From the NCBI RefSeq assembly GCF_004104415.1, contig NZ_CP034669.1: DNA of 64,000 nt; one strand, given 5' to 3'. Shown in pieces: positions 36,509 to 45,574 of this stretch. The position numbers and the translations under genes were made by a program. Source of the DNA: Corallococcus coralloides. GTDB taxonomy: Bacteria; Myxococcota; Myxococcia; Myxococcales; Myxococcaceae. Each line of letters opens with the position of its first letter. Positions within the stretch are counted from its first letter, which is position 1. The notes under the pieces are model-generated. The model was not told where the DNA came from. It worked only from the letters and a program-made list of their open reading frames with translations, and ran no database searches.

Positions 36509-37401
36509 CAGGACTTCCGCTCCACCGTGTAGCGCGCCAGCGCCGCCAGCGGACCGGCCACGCCCTCCAGCGGGCGCACCGCGGCTTCCGCGCGGGCCAC
36601 CAGCTCGTCGGCCATGCGGCGGGACTCGTCCAGCCCCACCACCGCCGGGAAGGTGAAGCGCCCGGCCTCCGCGTCCGCGCCCACCGGCTTGCCCATGGCC
36701 TCCGCGCTGGAGGTCACGTCCAGCACGTCGTCGGCGATCTGGAAGGCCAGGCCCACCGCCTCACCGTACGTCACCGCGCTCACGAGCGCCGCCGCGTCGC
36801 CGCCAGCCGCCAGGACGCCCATCCGGCACGCCGCGAGGATGAGCGCGCCCGTCTTCATCCGGTGCAGCCGCAGGAGGTAGTCCAGCGTCGCGGTCCGGTC
36901 CGCCGCGATGTCCAGCACCTGCCCGCCCACCATCCCGCTCGCGCCCGCCGCGCGCGCCAACTCCACGCACAGGATGCCGCGCACCGGCTCCGGCCCTCCG
37001 GCGAGCACGTGGAAGGCCTCCGTCAACAGGCCGTCTCCGGCCAGCAGCGCCAGCGGTTCGCCGAAGGCTTTGTGGCTCGTGGGCAGGCCCCGGCGCAGGT
37101 CGTCGTTGTCCAGGCAGGGCAGGTCGTCGTGCACCAGCGAATAGGTGTGCACGTACTCCAGCGCGCACGCCGCGTCCGCCACCACGGCGCTGTCGGTGCT
37201 CGCCTTCGTCACCGCGTCCGCGAAGGCCAGGCACAGCACGGGGCGCAGGCGCTTGCCGCCCGCGAGCAGCGAGTAGCGCATGGCCTCCGCCAGCCGGGGC
37301 GGCGTGCCCGCGGGCCCCAGGCGGTCCGCGCGTTCGAGCAGGAGCGCCTCCACCCGCGCCTGTTGCGTGCGCATGAAGGGTTCCAGGTTGAAAGCGGCCA
37401 T
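36508..37401 (-). CDS. ispA: (2E,6E)-farnesyl/geranyl diphosphate synthase
   Basis: It was trimmed to the ATG at 37401 (MAAFNLEPFM...). The first Asp-rich motif is LVHDDLPCLDNDDLRRG and the second is FQIADDVLD. The 5' part of the track ORF is Arg-rich junk overlapping the RR gene. Confidence 0.9.
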   Translation of the reverse strand: MAAFNLEPFMRTQQARVEALLLERADRLGPAGTPPRLAEAMRYSLLAGGKRLRPVLCLAFADAVTKASTDSAVVADAACALEYVHTYSLVHDDLPCLDNDDLRRGLPTSHKAFGEPLALLAGDGLLTEAFHVLAGGPEPVRGILCVELARAAGASGMVGGQVLDIAADRTATLDYLLRLHRMKTGALILAACRMGVLAAGGDAAALVSAVTYGEAVGLAFQIADDVLDVTSSAEAMGKPVGADAEAGRFTFPAVVGLDESRRMADELVARAEAAVRPLEGVAGPLAALARYTVERKS

Positions 37402-37406
37402 CGGCG

Positions 37407-37796
37407 TCAGGGCTCCTTCGCCACGTCGGCGGGGATGAGTTCGCGGATGCGATTGACGAGCGCGTCCAGCTCCAGCGGCTTCACGAAGTAGTCGGCCGCG
37501 CCGACCTCCATGCCGCGCCGCTTGTCCTCCGGGTCTCCCCGCCCGCTGATGAAGATGATGGGGATGTCCCGGAACTGCTTGTTCTGCTTCACGGCCTGAC
37601 ACAGCTCGAAGCCGTTGATCCAGGACATGTTCACGTCCAGGAGGATGGCGTGCGGCCGGTGAAGCTCCAGCGACGCGACGAGCCGCAGGCCATTGGCCGC
37701 GGACATGACCTCGAACCCCTCGGCCCCCAGGGCCTCGGCGAGCAGCTCGCGCGTGTCGCGGTCGTCATCGACAATCGTAATCTTCGGCTTCGACAT
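37407..37796 (-). CDS. Single-domain response regulator (CheY-like receiver)
   Basis: The 129-aa ORF reads MSKPKITIVDDDRDTRELL...HAILLDVNMSWINGFEL...IIFISGRGD...ADYFVKPL. The phospho-acceptor Asp is in LLDVNM. A GGAGG RBS lies upstream. Confidence 0.85.
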   Translation of the reverse strand: MSKPKITIVDDDRDTRELLAEALGAEGFEVMSAANGLRLVASLELHRPHAILLDVNMSWINGFELCQAVKQNKQFRDIPIIFISGRGDPEDKRRGMEVGAADYFVKPLELDALVNRIRELIPADVAKEP

Positions 37797-38164
37797 GCCC
37801 GGCCTCCGCCCTTCCCCAGCTGATGCCTAGAACGGGACATCGTCCTCCGGTGGCGGACGCGCCTGCGCGGTCGTCCGGGGGCAGCCTGGGGAGCGGGCCG
37901 GGCCGCCACCGCCAGCGGCGCCACGACGTCCTGGCCGTCCTCGTCCACCAGCAGCTGCTCGATGCGCTGCTCGGCCTCCGTGAGCAGCTTCTCGCCCCGG
38001 CGCACGAGGCGGATGCCCTCCTCGAACGCCTTGAGCGACTCTTCCAACGACAGGTCGCCGCCTTCCAGCCGCGCCACCGTCTCTTCCAGGCGCGACACCA
38101 CGTCTCCGTACTGCTCCGGAGCGGGCTCCACCTTGGGGTTCTTGTCCGACTTCGCCACGGCCAT
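37631..38164 (-). CDS. xseB: Exodeoxyribonuclease VII small subunit. The ORF lacks an in-frame stop until 166 nt into the RR gene, so the 3' end is uncertain.
   Basis: The N-terminal roughly 90 aa (MAVAKSDKNPKVEPAPEQYGDVVSRLEETVARLEGGDLSLEESLKAFEEGIRLVRRGEKLLTEAEQRIEQLL) match the XseB family. The remaining roughly 85 aa are Arg-rich and overlap the RR gene out of frame. A TAG at 37827-37829 in another frame would give a normal acidic C-terminus (…PPPEDDVPF). Confidence 0.7.
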   Translation of the reverse strand: MAVAKSDKNPKVEPAPEQYGDVVSRLEETVARLEGGDLSLEESLKAFEEGIRLVRRGEKLLTEAEQRIEQLLVDEDGQDVVAPLAVAARPAPQAAPGRPRRRVRHRRTMSRSRHQLGKGGGRACRSRRLRLSMTTATRASCSPRPWGPRGSRSCPRPMACGSSRRWSFTGRTPSSWT

Positions 38165-38205
38165 CCACCTCCCCGAGCGGGGCGCGGAATGTAGAGGGTG
38201 GCCCG

Positions 38206-39903
38206 CTAGCAGTCCACCGGGCCTTTCAGGCTGGTAACGGTCGCTTCGATTTCTTCACACCCGCCCAGGGTCTTCGCCCCGTGGGCCGCCAGCTTGATGC
38301 CCAGCACGTCCCCCACCACCACGTCCGCCATGGAGCGCACCACGACGCCGTCCCGCTGGCGGAACGTCACCGCGTAGCCGCGGGACATCACCTTCAGGGG
38401 GCTCAGGGCGTCCAGGCGGCCCCCCAGCCGGCCGAAGTGCGTCTGCGCGGACGCCAGCGTGCCCCGCTGCAGCTCCAGGAGCCGCGAGCGCGCCTGGGCC
38501 ACCTTCGCCCGCTCGGCCGCCACCCGCGCCGTGGGGGATTGCCGCTCCAGCCCCAGCCGCGCGTCCGCCAGCGCGCCCCGCCGCCGGGTGACGCCCGCGC
38601 GCGCCGCCTCCGACAGGCGCATGGCCAGCTTGAGCAGGTGCGCCCGCTGCTCCGACAGCCGCGTCTGGGGCCGCGCCCGCTGCAGCCGCTCCTGCAAGGC
38701 GCGCAGCGTCTCCCGGTGCTCGCGCGTGCGGGGGCGCAGCACGCGCATCATCGCCTCCACCTGTTCGGACAGGTGCAGGCGCTGGTGGTTCACCTCGCGG
38801 CGAGGGTCCGGCAGCCGCGCGCGAAGCTGGCCCTGGCGCTGGCGCAGCTCCAGCACCCGGCGCTCCATGGCCCGGCGCAGCCGGCCGGACTGCGTGGCCA
38901 GCGTCAGCTCCAGGTCGGCCAGCACCGGCGCCAGCCGCTCCGCCGCCGCGCTGGGCGTGGGCGCGCGCAGGTCCGCGACGAAGTCGGAGATGGTGAAGTC
39001 GATCTCGTGGCCGATGGCGGACACCACCGGCACCGGCGAGGCGAAGATGGCGCGCGCCACCCGCTCCTCGTTGAACGTCCAGAGGTCCTCCACGGAGCCT
39101 CCGCCGCGCGTCACGACGATGACGTCCACGTCGGTGCGCGAAAGCCGCTCGATGGCCCGCGCCACGTCCTCCGCGGAGCCTTCCCCCTGCACGCGCGCGT
39201 CCGCCAGCAGCACGCCCAGCCGGGGGTTGCGCGAGTGCAGCACGCGCAGGAAGTCCTGGAGCGCCGCGCCGGTGCGGCTGGTGACGACGCCGATGCGCCG
39301 GGGCAGGAACGGCACGGGCCGGGGCGGCCGCACGCGCCGGTCGCCGATGAGCCCCTCCGCCGCCAGCCGCTGCTTGAGCTGCTCGAACGCGAGCGCCAGC
39401 GCGCCCTCGCCCACCGGCTCCAGCCGGGACACGATGAGGCTGTAGCGGCCCTGCGGCTCGTACAGGTCCACGCTGCCCTCGGCCACCACCTCCATGCCGT
39501 CGCGCAGCGCGAAGCGGATCCGCGACGCCATGGACGCCCACACCTTCGCGTCGATGGAGGCGTCCGAGTCCTTCAGCGTGAAGTACCAGTGGCCGCGCGC
39601 GTTGGCGCCGCGGAAGCTGGACACCTCGCCGCGCACCATCACGCGCGGGAAGCGCGACTCCACCGTCTGCTTGATCTGCCGGGTGAGCTCGCCCACCGAC
39701 AACACCGTGCGCTCCGGACGCGGCGTCTGAGCGATTTCAGCCACCGGCGCGGTGGAAGGAGCCTGGGGGGCCGCGGGCGGCTTGCCTCCGCTGGCGGCCT
39801 TCGCCGGCGCGGGACGCAAGGGGGGCAGCAGCGACGTGCCGAACAGGTCGCCCTGCCCCGGCTCGTCGGCCGGAGGCGGCTCCAGCCCCTTGCGCTTCTT
39901 CAT
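38206..39903 (-). CDS. xseA: Exodeoxyribonuclease VII large subunit
   Basis: It was trimmed to the ATG at 39903 (MKKRKGLEPP...). The OB-fold N-terminus is LSVGELTRQIKQTVESRFPRVMVRGEVSSFRGANARGHWYFTLKD. The catalytic region is VVTRGGGSVEDLWTFNEE and a long coiled-coil C-terminus follows. The 5' part of the track ORF is junk. Confidence 0.9.
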   Translation of the reverse strand: MKKRKGLEPPPADEPGQGDLFGTSLLPPLRPAPAKAASGGKPPAAPQAPSTAPVAEIAQTPRPERTVLSVGELTRQIKQTVESRFPRVMVRGEVSSFRGANARGHWYFTLKDSDASIDAKVWASMASRIRFALRDGMEVVAEGSVDLYEPQGRYSLIVSRLEPVGEGALALAFEQLKQRLAAEGLIGDRRVRPPRPVPFLPRRIGVVTSRTGAALQDFLRVLHSRNPRLGVLLADARVQGEGSAEDVARAIERLSRTDVDVIVVTRGGGSVEDLWTFNEERVARAIFASPVPVVSAIGHEIDFTISDFVADLRAPTPSAAAERLAPVLADLELTLATQSGRLRRAMERRVLELRQRQGQLRARLPDPRREVNHQRLHLSEQVEAMMRVLRPRTREHRETLRALQERLQRARPQTRLSEQRAHLLKLAMRLSEAARAGVTRRRGALADARLGLERQSPTARVAAERAKVAQARSRLLELQRGTLASAQTHFGRLGGRLDALSPLKVMSRGYAVTFRQRDGVVVRSMADVVVGDVLGIKLAAHGAKTLGGCEEIEATVTSLKGPVDC

Positions 39904-41648
39904 CGCGACAGCTTCTCGACCCAGCCCTGGGCCTTGCCGTGCAGCTCGTCGTCGGGCGGCGTCATCGCGACGACGTCGCGGAACTTGGGCAGCGCGTCCT
40001 CCGGGCTGGAGTCCTTGATGGAGTAGGCCTGCATGTACAGGTCCTTCGCCTTGCCCTTGAGGTCGTTGACGATGTTGGCGGCGCCCGCGTGGCTGGGGTC
40101 CGCCTGGAGCGCGCGGCGGGCGAACTCCATGGCGCGCGACCACTGGCCGGCGGCCTTCGCGCCCGCGGCGCTCTTGTAATAGATGTTGCCCGCGCGGGTG
40201 CCCGCGTTGCGCGCCATCTTGCTCGTGCGCCCGTCGGTGATGTCCTTGTCCAGCGCGAGCAGGCGGGTGAGGCCCTTGGCGTCCAGGCCCTCCAGCTTCT
40301 TGTAAAGGTTGCCGAACTCCGTCATCTGCGCCATCAGCCGCTTGCACTGGGCCGTCTTGGCCGAGCACGCGTTGAGGATGGCCACCGCGCCGGTGATGTC
40401 CGCGTCGCGGAAGCGGTCCACCGCGGGCTCCCACGGCTTGGGCGCCGCGGCCACGCGCACGGGGTCCGGACGCGTCAGGTCCGCGATGACGCGCACGGCG
40501 TCGTCATTGACGAGCTTGCCGTCGCGGTGCTCCGGGAAGGTCGCGAGCACGTCGTCGGTGATGGCCTTGGCATTCTGCACGTTCTCCAGCGCGCGGGTGT
40601 CCAGCAGCCGCTTGGCCTCCTTCGTGCGCGTGTCGGCGGCGTCCGTCAGGTTCTTGCGCGCCGTCTTCAGCTGCTCGTAGAGCTGGGTGTCGCTGCTCAC
40701 CTTCTCGATGGACGCCTTCGCGGCGGCGAGCTGCCCCTTGTCCAGCGCCGCCTGGGCCGCGCCCAGGTGCTTCTGGTTGGGAATCTCCCGCTCCGCGGCC
40801 TTCAGGTAGTCCTCCACGCCGGGGTAGGCCGGCGCCTGCGTGTGGAGCTCCTCCAGCTTCGCCTTGGCCTGCTCCCACTGGCCCTCGCGCACCAGGTTCT
40901 TGGCCTCCTGGAAGAGGCCGCCCAGCTGCTCGCGGTACTTGCGCTGCTCCGCCTCGATGCGGCCCTGCTCCTCCTGCTGCTGCCGCATGCGCGAGCGCGC
41001 GACGCCCAGGCCCGCGAAGAGCACCACCAGCACGGCGACGCCCGCGAGCTTCATCCGCATGCGCTTGCGCTGCGCTTCCGGCGTGAGCTCCGCGGCGGCC
41101 GCGGCCCGCGACGTCTGCGGGCGCGCGCGGCCCTCCCGGGCGGGGCGCGAGGGGACGGCCGTGGGGCCGCGGCCCGCCGCCGTGGACGGACGGGGCCGGG
41201 GGCTGGAGGGGGCCTGCACCTTGGCGGTGCTGTTGGCGGTGTCCTCGTAGCGCAGCTCCGAGTCGCCCAGCGTGATGACGTCGCCGTTGGCGAGGAGCGT
41301 CTCCTCGGCGATGGGCTCGCCGTTGACGATGGTGCCGTTGCCGGAGCCCATGTCACTGACCATCCAGCCGGCGGACTCCTTGCGCAGCGTCACGTGCTTG
41401 CGGGAGACGGACGTGTCCTGGATGCAGATGGGGTTGTCGGTGGCGCGGCCGACCGTGTACTCGAGCTCGGAGAGCGCGAACTCCTCGCCCTCCATGGGGC
41501 CGGCGACGACGACGAGCTTCGCGGGGCGGGCCGCGGCGGCACCGGCGGTCGACCGGCGGACCGGCGCGCGCGAACCCGTCCCGGAGGAGGGCGTACCGGA
41601 CGTAGGCCGTCGGCGGGCGGGGGGAGGTGCGTTCGACATGGCGGTCAC
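39900..41648 (-). CDS. FHA-domain protein with one TM segment and a C-terminal TPR-like/helical periplasmic region (Tad/Kil-locus associated)
   Basis: The FHA core is VGRATDNPICIQDTSVSRKHVTLRKESAGWMVSDMGSGNGTIVNGEPI. The TM helix is LAGVAVLVVLFAGLGVA. A roughly 330-aa helical repeat domain follows. The stop overlaps the xseA start. Confidence 0.75.
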   Translation of the reverse strand: MTAMSNAPPPARRRPTSGTPSSGTGSRAPVRRSTAGAAAARPAKLVVVAGPMEGEEFALSELEYTVGRATDNPICIQDTSVSRKHVTLRKESAGWMVSDMGSGNGTIVNGEPIAEETLLANGDVITLGDSELRYEDTANSTAKVQAPSSPRPRPSTAAGRGPTAVPSRPAREGRARPQTSRAAAAAELTPEAQRKRMRMKLAGVAVLVVLFAGLGVARSRMRQQQEEQGRIEAEQRKYREQLGGLFQEAKNLVREGQWEQAKAKLEELHTQAPAYPGVEDYLKAAEREIPNQKHLGAAQAALDKGQLAAAKASIEKVSSDTQLYEQLKTARKNLTDAADTRTKEAKRLLDTRALENVQNAKAITDDVLATFPEHRDGKLVNDDAVRVIADLTRPDPVRVAAAPKPWEPAVDRFRDADITGAVAILNACSAKTAQCKRLMAQMTEFGNLYKKLEGLDAKGLTRLLALDKDITDGRTSKMARNAGTRAGNIYYKSAAGAKAAGQWSRAMEFARRALQADPSHAGAANIVNDLKGKAKDLYMQAYSIKDSSPEDALPKFRDVVAMTPPDDELHGKAQGWVEKLSR

Positions 41649-41675
41649 CGCGTCCTGCTGAGGGGGGCACGAGCC

Positions 41676-44597
41676 CTAAAGCTCGTGCTCATAGGCTTTT
41701 TCCTGCGCGAGATTGTGGCAGCGATGCTCGGCCGTAGGGAAGCGTCTCCGTACGTCTTCCAGGGTCGCGACCGCATCCCGTCGGCTGCGGAACTGAACCG
41801 CCCGCTGGAACTGCATCATCAGCTGGCTGCAGCGGTGGTCCAGCTCCGTTGAAATCTGGGCGATCCGCTCCCGGACGTCCTCGTAGAGCTCCGGCTTGTC
41901 GTCCAGCGCCTCCAGGGTGATCCACGCGGCGCGGTATTCCCGCCACGCCTTGAACAGGTTCTCCGCGCCCACGTCCTTGAGCTCGTAGAAGCGGGCCCCC
42001 GCCTTCGCGGCCTCCCGGGCGGAGAGGATCAGCTGCTCCGGCGTCGCCTCCGGCACCGGGATGATCTCCAGCCGCAGGTTCCAGATGCGCCACGGGTCAC
42101 GGCCGGGCGGGTTGAGGGCGTTGTCGAAGAGGAGCTGGTTGTTGGCGTTGCGCCGCAGGAGGCTGGGCGGGAGGATCTGCTCCAGCTCACGCTCGGCTGT
42201 CTGTGCGGTATCCGGGGGCACCCAGCCCAGGGACACGCCGTTGAGGGACAGGTTGACCTCGTCCCGGGCGATGTTGCTGGCCTGGTAGTGCAGCACGGCC
42301 ACCGCGCGCGTGGGGGACACGAAGCGGAAGTCGAAGAGCTTGTCGTCGGCGTGGACCCAGCGCACGCCCTCGCCCAGGCCGAAGGAGTCCGTCACCGGCT
42401 CCATGCCCAGCTTGGAGGGTTCGCGGCCCGGGAGCCGGATGGCCGTGGGGAACACGAGCGCCACGAGCAGCGTCACCACGCCCAGCGCGGCCACGGCCGC
42501 CAGCGACGCGAAGCCGATGCGCCTGGGCAGCGACTGGCGCTGCCAGAAGAGGACGAGCTGCCCCTGGAGCGACCGGGCCAGTTGACGCCGCCTGCGGGCC
42601 TTGTCGGCGGCGGAAGAGGGCTCGACCTTCGCGACGACCGTCACCGGGCCGTTGGGCACGGGCTGGACGAAGGAGTCCTCCAGGTCGGCCGGCACGGGCT
42701 GGGGGGCTTCGCCCTCCCCGTTCGGAGCGGGCGCGCGGGCCAGCAGTGGGATTTCACCCGGCGGCAGGCCGGGGTCCAGGGTCGGGGCCGGCGCGGCGCG
42801 ATCCCTGCCGACGAACGTCACCGGCTCCGGCTCCGGCGAGGGCGGCGGGACGGGAGGGCTCCAGGCCGGCGGAGGCGCCGGTGCGGCGGACCCGGGCGCG
42901 ACCTGGCCCGAGAAGGTCCCCGAGGCCCGGGTCTCCTCGGGGGCCGCGGAGAGGTCATCGTCCTGGCCGACGAAGGTCGAGGGCTCGCTGGAGTTGATCG
43001 CGGCGGCGGGCGCGCTCACGACGCGCACCGGAGGGGCCACGAGCGGACGGACCGGCGTGATGGGCCGGAGGTCGAGGACCGTCCGCTCCTCGGGCTCCTC
43101 CATCATCGGCGGAGGCAGCGCGGGCGAGGCGTCCTGAGGAGGCGGCGCCTTTTCCAGCGGCGGAGCTTCCCGGGTCGCCGGAATCGCCATCAGCGTGCGC
43201 TCCTCGGGCTCGTCCGGCTCCGGGAAGGGCAGCATGGGCGGCGGCGCGCTGGGCACGGGCGAGTCCACCGTGGAGATCGCCATCAGCGTGCGCTCCTCGG
43301 GCTCGTCCAGCTCCGGGAAGGGCGGCACGGGAAGCGGCGCGGCGGGCACGAGCGGGTCCACCGTGGAGATCGCCATCAGCGTGCGCTCCTCGGGCTCGTC
43401 CAGCTCCGGGAAGGGCAGCACGGGCGGCGGCGCGGCGGAGGGCACGGGCGAGTCCGCCGAGGGAATCGCCATCAGCGTGCGCTCCTCGGGTTCATCCGGC
43501 GCCACGGGTGCCAGGCCCACGGGAGGCGATACGGCGGAAGGCCGTGCTGGAGGCGGCGGAGCCATGAGCCCCGGCGGCGTCATCAACGGCAGGCCCGGTG
43601 AGGAAGCCGGGGCACCCCGGGCCGCCGGAGCAGCGGACGCGCGCGCGGCGCCAGGCCCCAGCGAGGGACGGTTCAGCGCGGGCGCACCGACACCGGGAAG
43701 GTCCGCGGCAGTCTCCGGCGCGGACGACCGGCCCGGCTCCGAGGTACCCACGGCTGACAGTCCCGGCCCGGAGGGCCGGACGGAGGCGGGAGCTCCCGAA
43801 GCCCGGTTCGCCGCCGAGGCGCTCGGCGCCGGGGGGCCAGCAGGAGCCTTGGCCGGAGCGCCCACGCCCGGAGCAGCGGAACCCAACACCGGGGGGCCCG
43901 CGGGAGTTCTGGCCGGCGCTCCCGGCCCTGAAGTCCCCAACACAGGAGGCGCGGCGGGAACCTTGCCCGAAGCAGCCGACGCGGAGGCGCCCAGCGCAGG
44001 AGGCCGCACCGCAGCAGCCGCGGCTGGAGAGGAAGCGCCCAGCACAGGAGGCCCTGGCGGAGGCCGCACCGGAGCAGCCGCGACCGGCGCGGAGACATTG
44101 ACCGCCGGCAGATCCGGAGCGGAGGGCCGCTTCGGCGTGGCGGCCGGCATCGGCATCGCCGGGGTCGCCCCACCCTTCGCGGCGGGCACGGCCATTCCCG
44201 GGCGCGGCGGAGCTGCCGGCCGGGCCATGGCCGGCATCGACGGCTGGAAGCTCGTGGGCGCCGCTTCAATCTCCGCGAGCGAAGCCTGCTCCAGGCCCTG
44301 CGGCGACACCTTCGCATGGGGCGGCGCGAGCGCCCGCCGGATGGGCCGGGTGACGTCGTCATCATCCTCCGGCGGCATCCACACGAAGGTGAACTCCACC
44401 GGCCCCACGGTGATGCGGTCGCCGTCGCGCAGCTGCTTCTCGCCGCCCAGCGGCTGGCCGTTCAGCTGCGTGCCGTTCGCGCTGCCGACGTCCTCCGCGA
44501 AGTAGCGCCCATCCCTCGCCGTGATGCGGGCATGACGCCGGGAGACCCCGTGGTCATGCAGGACCAGGTCGTTCTCCGAGGTCCGGCCGATCTTCAC
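41676..44597 (-). CDS. FHA-domain protein with a very long Pro/Ala-rich repetitive linker, one TM segment and a C-terminal periplasmic domain
   Basis: N-terminal FHA: KIGRTSENDLVLHDHGVSRRHARITARDGRYFAEDVGSANGTQLNGQPL. About 600 aa are P/A/G-rich and include four 31-aa tandem repeats (…EPEERTLMAIS…). The TM segment is IGFASLAAVAALGVVTLLVALVF. The annotated start is GTG; the FHA N-terminus probably extends about 20 codons upstream with a non-canonical start. Confidence 0.75.
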   Translation of the reverse strand: MKIGRTSENDLVLHDHGVSRRHARITARDGRYFAEDVGSANGTQLNGQPLGGEKQLRDGDRITVGPVEFTFVWMPPEDDDDVTRPIRRALAPPHAKVSPQGLEQASLAEIEAAPTSFQPSMPAMARPAAPPRPGMAVPAAKGGATPAMPMPAATPKRPSAPDLPAVNVSAPVAAAPVRPPPGPPVLGASSPAAAAAVRPPALGASASAASGKVPAAPPVLGTSGPGAPARTPAGPPVLGSAAPGVGAPAKAPAGPPAPSASAANRASGAPASVRPSGPGLSAVGTSEPGRSSAPETAADLPGVGAPALNRPSLGPGAARASAAPAARGAPASSPGLPLMTPPGLMAPPPPARPSAVSPPVGLAPVAPDEPEERTLMAIPSADSPVPSAAPPPVLPFPELDEPEERTLMAISTVDPLVPAAPLPVPPFPELDEPEERTLMAISTVDSPVPSAPPPMLPFPEPDEPEERTLMAIPATREAPPLEKAPPPQDASPALPPPMMEEPEERTVLDLRPITPVRPLVAPPVRVVSAPAAAINSSEPSTFVGQDDDLSAAPEETRASGTFSGQVAPGSAAPAPPPAWSPPVPPPSPEPEPVTFVGRDRAAPAPTLDPGLPPGEIPLLARAPAPNGEGEAPQPVPADLEDSFVQPVPNGPVTVVAKVEPSSAADKARRRRQLARSLQGQLVLFWQRQSLPRRIGFASLAAVAALGVVTLLVALVFPTAIRLPGREPSKLGMEPVTDSFGLGEGVRWVHADDKLFDFRFVSPTRAVAVLHYQASNIARDEVNLSLNGVSLGWVPPDTAQTAERELEQILPPSLLRRNANNQLLFDNALNPPGRDPWRIWNLRLEIIPVPEATPEQLILSAREAAKAGARFYELKDVGAENLFKAWREYRAAWITLEALDDKPELYEDVRERIAQISTELDHRCSQLMMQFQRAVQFRSRRDAVATLEDVRRRFPTAEHRCHNLAQEKAYEHEL
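43183..43560 (-). repeat. About four tandem copies of a 93-bp coding repeat inside the FHA protein gene
   Basis: The unit atcgccatcagcgtgcgctcctcgggctcgtccagctccgggaagggcagcacgggcggcggcgcggc...ccaccgtggag recurs starting at about 43183, 43276, 43369 and 43465. Each encodes about ERTLMAISTVDxPVPSAxPPxLPFPELDEPE. Confidence 0.8.
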
Positions 44598-44670
44598 TTC
44601 GGCCTGCTCGAAGGCGAGCTCCCGTCCGACCTGGAGCCCCTGGGTGATGGTGAGCAGGATGGGCAGAGGA

Positions 44671-45561
44671 CTAGCCCCCGACGTTGCCGAACATGAACTG
44701 GAACACGATGGGCCCGAAGAGCACCATGAACACCGTCGGGAAGATGCAGGCGATGAGCGGGAAGAGCATCTTCACCGGCGCCTCGCCCGCGAGCTTCTCC
44801 GCGCGCTGCGTGCGGTCGATGCGCATCTGCGTGGACTGGATGCGCAGCACCTTGCCCAGGCTCGTCCCCATCTTGTCCGCCTGGATCAGCGCCGTGACGA
44901 ACGTCGTCAGCGACGGCAGGTCCACGCGCACGATCATGCTCTTGAGCCCCTCTTCACGCGTCTTGCCCATCTTGAGCTGCTTGAGCACCAGCTGCAGCTC
45001 TTCACGCAGCGGCCCCTGGCGGCCCTTCTCCACCACCTTCGCCAGCGCGCCCGTGAAGTCCATGCCCGCTTCCACCGACAGCGTCAGCAGGTCCAGGTTG
45101 TACGGAAGCGCGCGGCTGATGGCCAGGTGACGGCGCTTCACCTGGTCGTTCAACCAGATGAGCGGATAGAACAGGCCCAGCAGCATCACCACCAGCGACC
45201 AGGCCAGGTTCGCCCCGATGCCGTTGGCGACGAACAGGCCCACCAGCAGGCCCAGGAAGGCGCTCACTTCCTGCAGCGCCATGATGTCCTCGGGCTTGTA
45301 CTGGGACGGCTCGCCCGCCTTGATCAGCTTGCGGCGCGTCTTGGACTCGTAGCCCGGCCACATGAAGCGCCGGTTCATCGAACCCAGCTTGCGGATGGCG
45401 ACGGAGCCCGCGCCCTTCATGCCGCCCGCGGACTCGTCCCGGACTTCCGTGAGGAAGCGCTCCAGGAGGTTGGAGTACAGGCCGATGCCCAGGAACGCCA
45501 CCGCGCCCGCGGTCAGCAGTGCCGAGCCGCCCATCAGCAGAAATGTCAGGACTTCCTGCAC
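44671..45561 (-). CDS. Type II secretion system F-family inner-membrane platform protein (TadC-like)
   Basis: The 296-aa ORF has three TM helices. The conserved T2SSF region is SRALPYNLDLLTLSVEAGMDFTGAL...TALIQADKMGTSLGKVL. Confidence 0.8.
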   Translation of the reverse strand: MQEVLTFLLMGGSALLTAGAVAFLGIGLYSNLLERFLTEVRDESAGGMKGAGSVAIRKLGSMNRRFMWPGYESKTRRKLIKAGEPSQYKPEDIMALQEVSAFLGLLVGLFVANGIGANLAWSLVVMLLGLFYPLIWLNDQVKRRHLAISRALPYNLDLLTLSVEAGMDFTGALAKVVEKGRQGPLREELQLVLKQLKMGKTREEGLKSMIVRVDLPSLTTFVTALIQADKMGTSLGKVLRIQSTQMRIDRTQRAEKLAGEAPVKMLFPLIACIFPTVFMVLFGPIVFQFMFGNVGG

Positions 45562-45574
45562 GGTGCGCCTCGTT

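Noticed and set aside
43183-43560. Possible CRISPR-like or mobile repeat array
   Set aside because: The 93-bp repeats are in frame inside a coding region, contiguous without spacers, and encode a Pro-rich peptide repeat. It is not a CRISPR array or IS element.
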